Part shown: positions 1-7,869 of the stretch, piece by piece
Layout of the letters: each line of letters opens with the position of its first letter
Numbering within the stretch: the stretch's first letter is position 1
Origin: an uncultured Candidatus Saccharibacteria bacterium
GTDB taxonomy: Bacteria; Patescibacteriota; Saccharimonadia; Saccharimonadales; UBA4665
Assembly (NCBI GenBank): GCA_964440265.1
Contig: CAYTRU010000001.1
Location: 1-33,542 of the forward strand
Length of the DNA stretch: 33,542 nucleotides
Direction of reading: 5' to 3'
Notes under the pieces: model-generated
Databases searched by the model: none
Seen by the model: only the letters and a program-made list of their open reading frames with translations
What the model was told of the DNA's origin: nothing
Program-made: the position numbers and the translations under genes

Positions 1-227
1 TTATACTCCTTGACATCATGATGCCACGAAAAGACGGGCTAACTATGCTTAAGGAACTCCGAGCAACTGAAGAGGGTAGAACCGTACCCGTTATCGTACT
101 TACCAATCAGAAGAGTACCGAAGAGATTAATAGGGCACTTGTAGAAGACGTGCACGACTACTTTATTAAAGCCGACTGGGACATGACGGCCCTGATGGAC
201 TCGATACGCCAAAAGCTCGAAAGTTAA
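1..227 (+). CDS. Response regulator receiver domain protein, 5' end cut by the window edge
   Basis: The frame is open from base 3. It reads ILLDIMMPRKDGLTMLKELR...VPVIVLTNQ...YFIKADW, which are CheY-like receiver motifs (DxxMP strand, T/N, K region). Stop TAA is at 225-227. Confidence 0.85.
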   Translation, partial: ILLDIMMPRKDGLTMLKELRATEEGRTVPVIVLTNQKSTEEINRALVEDVHDYFIKADWDMTALMDSIRQKLES

Positions 228-229
228 TA

Positions 230-1528
230 TTATCCTAATGGTCCGTGACCTGTAGGTGTAGTAGCTGGCTTGCGATTGATGATTGTCACCACAGCGGTAC
301 TGCCGATGATGAACAGGCCAACGAACACATTGAGCAGCCCAGAGCTACCAGTGTTAACCAGTTGCTTAACGCTGGACTGGGTAGTCGTCGCCAAAACGGA
401 AGGCACACTCAGTAGCGCAAGGATGTTGGAAGGTGTGCTAGGAGTAGTCGTGTCAGTGGGATTGCCACCGCCTTGGCCTGGGGTGATGCAATCACCATTG
501 ATGTCTAAGACCATGCCGCTTGGTACGGTTGCCTGAACGCCAGCGATGTTGGGGCAGGCATCGGTGCCTGGAAGGGTACCGCAATTACTTGGCATCAGAA
601 AATCGTGACTCCAACTGGTGGTACCCACAATAACATAGCCGGGGTCAGCTTCAGCGGTGACAGTAATGGATGTAGCAGCCGATACTGGGTAGGTGCCAGG
701 GATGGTTACCACGCCATTAACCTTGTATGTAACGTGGCTGGCTGGCTCAATCGTGTAGGAACCGTCGGCATTACAGGTCATATCAGCAAACGTCGGGTTG
801 CCAACCACGATGGGGATATTGGGACAGGGGTTGTTGGTGAAGTCGTTCTGCCAAGTATTGTTGCCAGCCAGGACATAGCCAGCATCAGCAATCGCCATGA
901 CAGTAACCGTGCCGCTGCCGGGGTATACCCCAGCGGCCACCGTTGCACCGCCGATCTGATATAAGACACCAGTGGTGGTTGGGATAGTGTAGGTGTCAGA
1001 GCTAGTGCCACACATGTCCGTAAAGGTTACGTCGGCGGGAGTTATTGTGATACCACCACCGCTACAATCAACCTTAAAGACCTTGCTTTTGGCCTCCTCG
1101 TCATTGAGGTTAATGCTGCCACCAACGTCTTTACCATAGAGAGTGGCTTTGTAGGTGCCATCGGCAATGGTAGTGGTGCCAGCGCCATTATTGAAGTCTT
1201 GGGAGATTGCGTAACCAGCGGCGTCGGTAGGGCCAAAGCTAAATGGACCAGCGGCCGTGCCAGCTGGCGAGCTGCCACCTTGCGGATCAAGTTGTAAGTA
1301 GCCTGATTGGCTAGGATCAAAGCTGAAGCCTTCAAAGTTAAAGGCGCAGACTTTCGGATCATTGCTCTCGGTGCCGCTTGCCGTGCCGATTTCGTGAACC
1401 TTAAGGGTGCCATTATTACCAGCAGCAGCCGCGACATGCAAAGTTAATAAAGGTGCGACCACCATGCTGAAGAGAATCAGCGCTGTGGCAAATCCACTCT
1501 TAATTGATACTGCGTATGTAACTTTCAC
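230..1528 (-). CDS. Secreted, sortase-anchored surface protein with tandem Ig-like repeats and an LVNTG sorting signal
   Basis: The ORF is open over 230-1576. The preferred start is GTG 1528, with AAGGAG 6 nt upstream (alternatives GTG 1576 and ATG 1549). The signal-like N-terminus is MKVTYAVSIKSGFATALILFSMVVAPLLTLHVAAAA. Two ~80-aa repeats (DNA 578-1051) share the pattern TF.DM.C..YTI....V.Y...G..V..G.YP....V.V.A.AD.GYV..G...W..DF. The C-terminus has LVNTG (347-361), a hydrophobic helix and NRK. Confidence 0.85.
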   Translation of the reverse strand: MKVTYAVSIKSGFATALILFSMVVAPLLTLHVAAAAGNNGTLKVHEIGTASGTESNDPKVCAFNFEGFSFDPSQSGYLQLDPQGGSSPAGTAAGPFSFGPTDAAGYAISQDFNNGAGTTTIADGTYKATLYGKDVGGSINLNDEEAKSKVFKVDCSGGGITITPADVTFTDMCGTSSDTYTIPTTTGVLYQIGGATVAAGVYPGSGTVTVMAIADAGYVLAGNNTWQNDFTNNPCPNIPIVVGNPTFADMTCNADGSYTIEPASHVTYKVNGVVTIPGTYPVSAATSITVTAEADPGYVIVGTTSWSHDFLMPSNCGTLPGTDACPNIAGVQATVPSGMVLDINGDCITPGQGGGNPTDTTTPSTPSNILALLSVPSVLATTTQSSVKQLVNTGSSGLLNVFVGLFIIGSTAVVTIINRKPATTPTGHGPLG

Positions 1529-1599
1529 GGCCAACTCCTTAAGTCTCATAATTAATACTTGTTCTACTCGTGCCACCCGTGTCTGTTTCGTTGGTTGTG

Positions 1600-1628
1600 A
1601 TTTTACACTATTATTGCCAGCCGTGCAA
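1600..1628 (-). promoter_or_regulatory. Candidate sigma70-type promoter for the surface protein gene
   Basis: The minus strand reads TTGCAC (1628-1623), a 17-nt spacer, then TAAAAT (1605-1600). It lies about 70 nt upstream of the AAGGAG-led GTG at 1528. Confidence 0.4.
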
Positions 1629-1664
1629 CATTAATATTTAACTTAAGCAATTTGAGCAAGATTC

Positions 1665-1673
1665 TGTCATACT
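1665..1673 (+). promoter_or_regulatory. Extended -10 element (TGtCATACT) 6 nt upstream of the sortase ATG, implying a leaderless transcript
   Basis: TG is at 1665-1666 and CATACT at 1668-1673. The spacer agaacc precedes ATG at 1680, and no SD is present. Confidence 0.4.
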
Positions 1674-1679
1674 AGAACC

Positions 1680-2267
1680 ATGTCACCCACACTGCACCGT
1701 AAACTGAATACTGTCCTAACTGTAGTAACAATCGTATTAGGTCTATATATAGGGCTAGCGCCATTCATCCCGGAGGTTGGTTGGTGGTTTCGGCATCTGC
1801 ACGCTTCCCAAGCAGTCCAGCAGCCCACCACGTCCATAGCCATAGCTGCCAAACACACACCGATACCGACCGAGAACCTGTTGATTATACCTAGACTAGC
1901 AATGCGTGAAACCATACACGAAGGCCCCACGATAGCCGAGCTCAATAAAGGTGTCTGGCTGATACCCTCAAGCAACCTGCCGAATCAGCAAAGCAATACG
2001 GTGATTATCGGCCACCGCTTTACGTACGCTGGGCCAGCGGTGTTTTATTTTCTGGACAAGATACAGCTACAAGACACCATAACAGTTGATTGGAACCACA
2101 AGGAATACACCTATAAAGTCACTTCTATCAAAGTTGTACCACCGACCGATGTAAGTGTCGAACAGCCGACAATGAAGCCACAGTTAACTCTCTACACCTG
2201 TACACCACTTTGGACAGCCAAAAACCGATTGGTTATCACCGCCCCCCTGCAAGGAGTACGCTCATGA
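1680..2267 (+). CDS. Sortase family transpeptidase (class E-like, membrane anchored)
   Basis: It has an N-terminal TM helix (LNTVLTVVTIVLGLYIGLAPFI), the His motif IIGHRF, the catalytic QLTLYTCTP (TLxTC) and a downstream Arg (KNRLVITAP). It is divergent from the LVNTG substrate gene. Confidence 0.85.
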   Translation: MSPTLHRKLNTVLTVVTIVLGLYIGLAPFIPEVGWWFRHLHASQAVQQPTTSIAIAAKHTPIPTENLLIIPRLAMRETIHEGPTIAELNKGVWLIPSSNLPNQQSNTVIIGHRFTYAGPAVFYFLDKIQLQDTITVDWNHKEYTYKVTSIKVVPPTDVSVEQPTMKPQLTLYTCTPLWTAKNRLVITAPLQGVRS

Positions 2268-2380
2268 AAGAATGGTTACGTACACTACTACTGGTGGCCC
2301 TCATACTACTCGCTTTTGCTTACATTATTTGGACACACCACGTAGCTAATACGAGCTTGCTGCAGGGCATACCTCATTAA
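2264..2380 (+). CDS. Small single-TM protein (38 aa) translationally coupled to the sortase
   Basis: Its ATG overlaps the sortase TGA (ATGA at 2264-2267). The product is MKEWLRTLLLVALILLAFAYIIWTHHVANTSLLQGIPH, with stop TAA at 2378-2380. It is below the 60-aa ORF-track cutoff. Confidence 0.4.
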   Translation: MKEWLRTLLLVALILLAFAYIIWTHHVANTSLLQGIPH

Positions 2381-2516
2381 TTGCGAAGCTCGTCTAAAAT
2401 AGCCGGAGCCGGGGCTATCAGCAGTGCAAGCTAGTCAGTAATTAATCCGACAAACACGTTTGTTATTTCTTGCTACTATATGGGTAGTTAGAAACAGTAA
2501 GTGGAGGAGGGATAGT

Positions 2517-3419
2517 ATGGGGCAAAAAATTACACCAAATTTGTGGTTTGATGGCAACGCTAAAGAGGCTGTGGACTTCTACGTGTCGGTATTTCCGGAT
2601 AGCAAAGTAGTCTTTACGACCCATTATCCAAACAGCGCCGAAGAAGGCTTAGCTGATTTTCAACTAGACTTGGCGGGCAAGGAGCTGACGGTAGATTTTG
2701 AGCTGGGGGAGCTACGGTTTACTGCCATTAATGCCGGACCAGAGTTTACATTCAACCAATCTATTTCGTTTATGGTGAATTTTGACCCATCAAGTGATGA
2801 GCAGGCTCGTGAGCATATTGATGAGCTGTGGGGCAAACTTATCGATGGCGGGCAAGCCCTCATGCCGCTTGACACCTACCCCTTTAGTAAGCGCTACGGC
2901 TGGGTGAAAGATCGCTACGGGCTAACCTGGCAATTAATCCTGACCAACCCAGCGGGCGAACCACGCCCCTTCATCGTTCCATCATTGATGTTTGGCGAAG
3001 CAAATACTAACCATGCTGAAGAGGCGATGAACTTTTACATATCAGTATTTAAAGACGCTAAGCAAGGTACACTGGCTCGTTACAGCGAAGACACTGGCCC
3101 AGCTAAGGCAGGGTCGCTGATGTTTGCCGATTTTATGCTAGCCAATCAATGGTTTGCGGCAATGGATTCGGGCGTCGAGCAAGACTTCACCTTCAACGAA
3201 GCCGTTTCGTTATCGGTAACCTGCAAAGACCAAGCCGAGATTGACTACTTTTGGGAAAAACTTTCAAGCGTTCCAGCGTCCGAACAGTGTGGCTGGTGCA
3301 AGGATAAATACGGCCTAAGCTGGCAAATCGTACCCGAAAATATGGGAGAGCTGATGAAAAAGCCCAATGCCTTTGCCAAAATGATGCAAATGAAAAAACT
3401 TGTCATTGAGGAATTTTAA
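2517..3419 (+). CDS. VOC/glyoxalase-superfamily protein, tandem PhnB-like (3-demethylubiquinone-9 3-methyltransferase-type, PF06983-like) domains
   Basis: ATG 2517 has GGAGGAGG 7 nt upstream. The N-terminus MGQKITPNLWFDGNAKEAVDFYVSVFPDSK and the motif KDRYGLTWQL are echoed in the second half (MNFYISVFKDAK ... KDKYGLSWQI). Confidence 0.7.
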   Translation: MGQKITPNLWFDGNAKEAVDFYVSVFPDSKVVFTTHYPNSAEEGLADFQLDLAGKELTVDFELGELRFTAINAGPEFTFNQSISFMVNFDPSSDEQAREHIDELWGKLIDGGQALMPLDTYPFSKRYGWVKDRYGLTWQLILTNPAGEPRPFIVPSLMFGEANTNHAEEAMNFYISVFKDAKQGTLARYSEDTGPAKAGSLMFADFMLANQWFAAMDSGVEQDFTFNEAVSLSVTCKDQAEIDYFWEKLSSVPASEQCGWCKDKYGLSWQIVPENMGELMKKPNAFAKMMQMKKLVIEEF

Positions 3420-3500
3420 AGACTCTTCGACGTCAAATATCTTGAAAAAATAGTAACAGCAGACAGGTAAATAGAAGTCAGGCCCAGCGCTGACCCAAGC

Positions 3501-3527
3501 TTGCTTTTTGTAATTCATTATTATAAT
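3501..3527 (+). promoter_or_regulatory. Candidate promoter TTGCTT-15-TATAAT placed 8 nt upstream of ATG 3536 (leaderless)
   Basis: TTGCTT is at 3501-3506 and TATAAT at 3522-3527, with ATG at 3536. No SD is present. Confidence 0.4.
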
Positions 3528-3535
3528 ATAAAATT

Positions 3536-4114
3536 ATGCCTCGTATAATCATGGTTCACGGTAATGGCGCTGGTAGCGCACATGAAGCGGCCGGCGGTAA
3601 CGGCCATAGTTACTGGTTTCCTAGTACAAAAAAGGTCATGGAAGCAGCTGGGGTTGAGTGCATAACTCCTGACTTTCCAGATCCAGCTCAAGCCCGAGCA
3701 AAGATTTGGTTGCCATTTATCAGGGACGTACTTAAAGTCAGTGAGACCGATATTGTAGTCGGGCATTCTTCAGGAGCATTAGCAGCCATGCGGCTTGCCG
3801 AAACGCAACGTTTAAGAGGACTGGTAGTTGTTAGTGGCTATCACACCGACTTAGGCTATGAAAGCGAACGAGCAACAGGTTATTTTGACAAGCCGTGGCA
3901 GTGGAGCGATATTAAAGCAAATGTTAGTGTCAGGGGACAGTTTGCCTCTTCCGATGACCCCTGGATCCCAGTTGCAGAGCCTCGTTATATTCACAAACAG
4001 CTTGATACCGATTATCAGGAATTTTCTACTGATGGCCATTTTATAGGTAGTCTAGAAGAGCCTAGAACAGAATTTCCTGCATTAGTAGACTATCTTTTAC
4101 AAGAGTTTAACTAA
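3536..4114 (+). CDS. RBBP9/YdeN-family serine hydrolase (alpha/beta fold)
   Basis: It has the nucleophile elbow VVGHSSGALAAMRLAE. The motifs PDFPDPAQARAKIWLPF, ERATGYFDKPWQWSDIKAN and SSDDPWIP resemble RBBP9-type proteins as I recall them. Confidence 0.7.
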   Translation: MPRIIMVHGNGAGSAHEAAGGNGHSYWFPSTKKVMEAAGVECITPDFPDPAQARAKIWLPFIRDVLKVSETDIVVGHSSGALAAMRLAETQRLRGLVVVSGYHTDLGYESERATGYFDKPWQWSDIKANVSVRGQFASSDDPWIPVAEPRYIHKQLDTDYQEFSTDGHFIGSLEEPRTEFPALVDYLLQEFN

Positions 4115-4273
4115 AGTTATACAGCTGCGAAACTTATCTAGCATGGTGTAGTGCATGAAGTACCGGCGGATTTACGTAAAGCCTTGCTATCTGACTGCAG
4201 TATTTAGTTCGTAGAGTGTCAGTTACAGAGAAGCAAATTTTACAGATGCACCCTTATCTGGTATTTTAATTTT

Positions 4274-4447
4274 ATGAGCTCAACGACTCCCTATTTGATT
4301 GAGGATCATGTAACTGAAGACGCCTTCAGACACGAAGCTGAAAATTTACTGCTACTTCCTCCAGCAGACATCAATGTACTACGAGAAGCTGGAAGCTTTT
4401 TAAAGCACGAGGAGTACCTCAGATGCCTTCCCTTGTTATCGCATTAG
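4274..4447 (+). CDS. Small hypothetical protein (57 aa)
   Basis: The ORF MSSTTPYLIEDHVTEDAFRHEAENLLLLPPADINVLREAGSFLKHEEYLRCLPLLSH is below the track cutoff. The extended -10 TGgTATTTT (4259-4267) lies 6 nt upstream of the ATG, matching the leaderless pattern seen elsewhere in the window. Confidence 0.3.
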   Translation: MSSTTPYLIEDHVTEDAFRHEAENLLLLPPADINVLREAGSFLKHEEYLRCLPLLSH

Positions 4448-4570
4448 GTGAATATATAATGATTAAAAGTCAGGAGAGGATTCAGTAAGTTTTCAGAATT
4501 GGTTCAAGAATTTTGTTTCAGTCCTACAGAACAAGCTGGGCCTCAAATTATCATTTGCTATTATGAGCTT

Positions 4571-5170
4571 GTGATAAAAACTATCATTTTTGACCTTGGC
4601 GGAGTACTTTTTAGCAATGGTTTATTGGAATTTATTGAATTTCTGCAAACAAATTATGCTATTCCAAAAGACAAATCCTTACAGGTATTAGAAGGGGAAC
4701 TTGGGACAGCTTATCGAACTGGCCGAGTAAGCCGCGATGAATTTTGGTATAAGGCTGTCAGGCAGTTGGGAATTGATGATGCTATAGATACTCTGGAAGA
4801 AAAATGGATTACGGCTTACAGAATTGATGAGGACGTAAAGAAAATCATCCTTAGTTTAAGAAAAAATTATAAGGTCTTTTATTTATCTGATAACGTGAAA
4901 GAACGAGTGATTTACCTGGAGAGAAAATATAACTTTTTAGAGCTTTTTGATGGCGGCATTTTTTCTCATGACGTCGGTGTCAGAAAGCCGCAAGAAAAGA
5001 TTTATAAATTAGCGATAGAACTTAGCGGATGCAAGCCTGAAGAGATTGCTTTCATAGACGACAAATTATCGGCCCTTAAGCCAGCAGAACACTTACAGCT
5101 AAAAACTGTTCACTTTATAGATGCCGACACCTTAATCAAACAACTCAAAGCTGCAGGACTAGTCATTTAA
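4571..5170 (+). CDS. HAD-superfamily hydrolase (subfamily IA-like)
   Basis: Motif I is IIFDLGGVLF and motif IV is FIDD. The preferred start is GTG 4571, because the extended -10 TGcTATTAT (4556-4564) lies 6 nt upstream. The ORF-track start is TTG 4499. Confidence 0.75.
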   Translation: MIKTIIFDLGGVLFSNGLLEFIEFLQTNYAIPKDKSLQVLEGELGTAYRTGRVSRDEFWYKAVRQLGIDDAIDTLEEKWITAYRIDEDVKKIILSLRKNYKVFYLSDNVKERVIYLERKYNFLELFDGGIFSHDVGVRKPQEKIYKLAIELSGCKPEEIAFIDDKLSALKPAEHLQLKTVHFIDADTLIKQLKAAGLVI

Positions 5171-5349
5171 TTGAGTCATTAAAATTTGCAGACCGTTGCA
5201 CTTCGGTATGGAATCCCGAGAGCCGTACTTGTATGATTTATATTTATATGTTATAGTGAATATCATGTATAGTTGTAGGTTATTAACATGACTTTCGCAG
5301 AAAGCGGTCGCCCCGCTCCGCAAGTTGCAGGCACACTGAGATAGAGCCT

Positions 5350-5700
5350 TTGTCGGTTAGTGATGGCATACTTGCTACATATCACTGGGAGGCAGAGGGT
5401 GATGCGCATATTTTTCTTTACCTAACACTCGCAAAAACTCCTGGAGAGCGCTTTGCAATTGCTCAAACAAATGTTGATAGCGAGGATGTGAAGGGCCAAG
5501 GAGATGCCATTTGGGCATTTATTGGCACAACATTACAAGAGTTTAGCGACACAGGTTTCTTAGGTCATGGCCCTTGCCCAATTGTTCATGAAGTTACACC
5601 TAATGAATACTCTCGAAGATTACCGGACAGTGACCCTAGATATGTACCGACACCAGATGGAACGAAGTATCATGCTATTTTTCTACCAACCACTCTATAA
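5350..5700 (+). CDS. Hypothetical protein (116 aa)
   Basis: The frame is open, but the only in-frame start is TTG 5350, with no RBS or -10. I recognised no motif. Confidence 0.4.
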   Translation: MSVSDGILATYHWEAEGDAHIFLYLTLAKTPGERFAIAQTNVDSEDVKGQGDAIWAFIGTTLQEFSDTGFLGHGPCPIVHEVTPNEYSRRLPDSDPRYVPTPDGTKYHAIFLPTTL

Positions 5701-5759
5701 TGTAGTTAAAGATTGTTTCAAATAAAGCATCGCAAAGTCATTAGGTTATAATGAACCAC

Positions 5760-6023
5760 ATGTCACGCAATAAAAAACTGGTTAGTGGAATTTTGATATC
5801 GACTTTGATGATCGGGGTACTACTTCTTTTTTCAATCCCCACCTACCAAACTTCGGTTACTACTGGCTGTACATTACATGGCGGCACTGTTCGCAGAAGC
5901 TTGATTAGAGGGGACAGCAAGGAGAAAATTCAGCAAGAGATTGATGCAGCCAAGAGGTTGGATTCAGTAGTCGACTGTGCTGGACCAAGCCGAACAACAA
6001 CTTTCAAGCTCTATGCTCTGTAG
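5760..6023 (+). CDS. Small N-terminally anchored or secreted protein
   Basis: The product starts MSRNKKLVSGILISTLMIGVLLLFSIP (charged n-region then hydrophobic helix). TATAAT at 5747-5752 overlaps the first ATG (5751), so the ATG at 5760, 7 nt after the -10, is preferred. Confidence 0.5.
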   Translation: MSRNKKLVSGILISTLMIGVLLLFSIPTYQTSVTTGCTLHGGTVRRSLIRGDSKEKIQQEIDAAKRLDSVVDCAGPSRTTTFKLYAL

Positions 6024-6026
6024 CTC

Positions 6027-6218
6027 ATGAAAAATAAACGAATGATCGGTGTAGCCTTAGTGGTCTGTATGGTAGGAGTACTAGCATTTTACCTATACGC
6101 GATGCACACACCAGAAAGTGACTACTACAAATGTGCAAACGACCCGAAAGCTCTAATGGAAGCAACGAATCCGGCCAGATGCACAAATAGTTCTGGCACT
6201 TTTGTAGAGCCAAGATAA
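6027..6218 (+). CDS. Small N-terminally anchored or secreted protein
   Basis: The product starts MKNKRMIGVALVVCMVGVLAFYLY. The gene begins 3 nt after the preceding stop. The tail contains two Cys. Confidence 0.5.
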   Translation: MKNKRMIGVALVVCMVGVLAFYLYAMHTPESDYYKCANDPKALMEATNPARCTNSSGTFVEPR

Positions 6219-6308
6219 ATGAGATTCTAAGTTGCGGAGCTCGTCTAGTAGATATTAGCACGTAAAAATCTTAGGCTCTTATGCCCAGGTAAGCGCTACA
6301 ATGACAAG

Positions 6309-7766
6309 GTGATTATTGCTGCAGCTATACTTTTCGTCATCATTATCTATAGTTACGCCACTAATCCTTTCAGCCGCTGGAGCCTTATTCGTTTGCCGTA
6401 CAAAGCACGGGTGACACGCACTACCATCCAAGCGATTGATCATACTCATAAACTAGTCGTCCGGCAAAATAAGCTCTGGAAAGCCTTCGCAGTGCTGAAA
6501 AGCGGCATTCATATTTTAAATACTCGTTACGTGCGCAGTCCTCGCTCCAAAGGACGAAATGTGGTGCAGATCATCAATGACATTCATAAGCTCAGATTTG
6601 ATCCTACGAAACTTCTGGTAATTTCGGGTGATCATTTCAGTGGGCTATACGTTAGAAATCTGGGGGTTTTCTACTATCCGCTTCTCGACCCAAATAGCAA
6701 GACGGATAGGGCTGATTGGCAAAATCGTCAGCTGGTCTACCTGCAAAGCGTGGCCTATGCTTTGGGAGTATTTAGCAAATACTCTGTGCCGACTACCACT
6801 ATTATGCCGACGGGTCCTATGGCAGCCACGTGTATCAATTTTCACGCCTATCCTTCTGATACCGTCTATGGCATACTGTACGCTCTGGCCGTACTGACGG
6901 GCGAAGAAGCTAGTCATGAGCTGTACGACTATAAGCTACCACACACGCAAACCTTGCAAACCAAAGCCGTCAGTCAGGCACTGCTAGTGACCTATAAGCA
7001 GACACTACACAGCCTGTATGAACACTACCGTTTGACAGTTTTTGACGAGACAACAGGCTTGATTAAGCTAGAGGTTCGTCTGTCGGGCGCGAAAGACATC
7101 ACGAAACGCACCTGCGCCTTCTACGATAACGTTATTTTCTGGAAAACTACGCAACTCGCCATGAAACTCGGTACGATACCGCAGGACAAAGCTTTTCTAG
7201 CCGCCCTAAAAGCCCGGATTATTCGTAGCTTTTGGTATAAAAAGGGTGGGTATTTTTTAGAGGATCTATCTGACGAGGGACAGCAACAGCATTATTATTC
7301 ATCTGATTGGCTCGTCGTGTTGTTTAGCGGCTTTTTGGCTCCGGCAGACCCAGTCGAACAGTCTTACTTTATGCGTAGTGTGGCATACATTCAAAAGACC
7401 GGCATCGATAAGCCGTTCGGGCTGAAATATCAGCACCAGACTCGGGCCCATCGACAATTCTTTATCGTCAGAATGGCGGTAGCGTCGTATGGTGGTGATG
7501 CTATTTGGAGTTTTTGGGGCATGGAGTATATCAAGTGCTTATTGCTCCTCTATAGGCAAGGCGGAAAGCTAGAGTACCTCAAAGAGGCTGACCGACAAAT
7601 TGCGGCCTACAGTCAGGTGATGATACGCGATGGAGGCTTTCCGGAAGTTTATAACAGGCAGGGCGTTATGCTACAAACACCTTTTTACCGAAGTATTCGT
7701 CAAACAGGCTGGGTAGTTGGCTTCGAGCAAGTCCTCGCTTTAAGACAGAGTATTGCGGTAAGCTGA
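6309..7766 (+). CDS. Membrane-anchored protein with a possible (alpha/alpha)6-barrel glycosidase-like fold (GDE_C/GH63-like)
   Basis: It has an N-terminal TM helix (IIAAAILFVIIIYSY). The C-terminal DGGFPEVYNRQG...RQTGWVVG resembles the G.xPE...QAWS end of amylo-1,6-glucosidase-type barrels. TACAAT (6297-6302) lies 6 nt before GTG 6309. The functional call is weak. Confidence 0.55.
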   Translation: MIIAAAILFVIIIYSYATNPFSRWSLIRLPYKARVTRTTIQAIDHTHKLVVRQNKLWKAFAVLKSGIHILNTRYVRSPRSKGRNVVQIINDIHKLRFDPTKLLVISGDHFSGLYVRNLGVFYYPLLDPNSKTDRADWQNRQLVYLQSVAYALGVFSKYSVPTTTIMPTGPMAATCINFHAYPSDTVYGILYALAVLTGEEASHELYDYKLPHTQTLQTKAVSQALLVTYKQTLHSLYEHYRLTVFDETTGLIKLEVRLSGAKDITKRTCAFYDNVIFWKTTQLAMKLGTIPQDKAFLAALKARIIRSFWYKKGGYFLEDLSDEGQQQHYYSSDWLVVLFSGFLAPADPVEQSYFMRSVAYIQKTGIDKPFGLKYQHQTRAHRQFFIVRMAVASYGGDAIWSFWGMEYIKCLLLLYRQGGKLEYLKEADRQIAAYSQVMIRDGGFPEVYNRQGVMLQTPFYRSIRQTGWVVGFEQVLALRQSIAVS

Positions 7767-7869
7767 AGTCGCCTGACTCGCAAAACCTTATTCCTCTACA
7801 CGACTGTCTAGCCCATGTCGTTTTAGTATTTGCAACCTTCAGCTACTGATATTTTGCTATAGTATAACG

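Noticed and set aside
270-1437. ORF-track entries 270-536(+), 605-964(+), 778-1011(-) and 1042-1437(-) inside the surface protein gene
   Set aside because: All lie within the 230-1528 CDS in other frames or on the other strand. Their translations are low-complexity (Arg/Ala/Pro/Leu-rich) with no motifs, so they are shadow ORFs of a Thr/Gly/Ala-rich gene.
1667-1975. 102-aa minus-strand ORF overlapping the sortase 5' region
   Set aside because: It is antisense to a gene with clear sortase motifs, has no start context and has no recognisable features.
2399-2463. Hairpin ATAGCC-ggagccgg-GGCTAT (2399-2418) and palindrome ACAAAC-ac-GTTTGT (2450-2463) upstream of the VOC gene
   Set aside because: Both are short 6-bp arms. 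No T-run or clear promoter geometry is attached, so they could be chance.
3477-3510. Possible intrinsic terminator after the VOC gene (GTCAG..CTGAC, CAAGCTTG, TTTTT)
   Set aside because: The stem is only 5 bp, and the AAGCTT palindrome cannot form a loop. It is too weak to call.
5195-5235. tRNA 3'-end-like fragment (ggtatggaatcccgagagccg) as a possible att remnant
   Set aside because: The T-arm consensus (GGTTCGAATCC) is only loosely matched. There is no acceptor stem or CCA context, and no integrase nearby.
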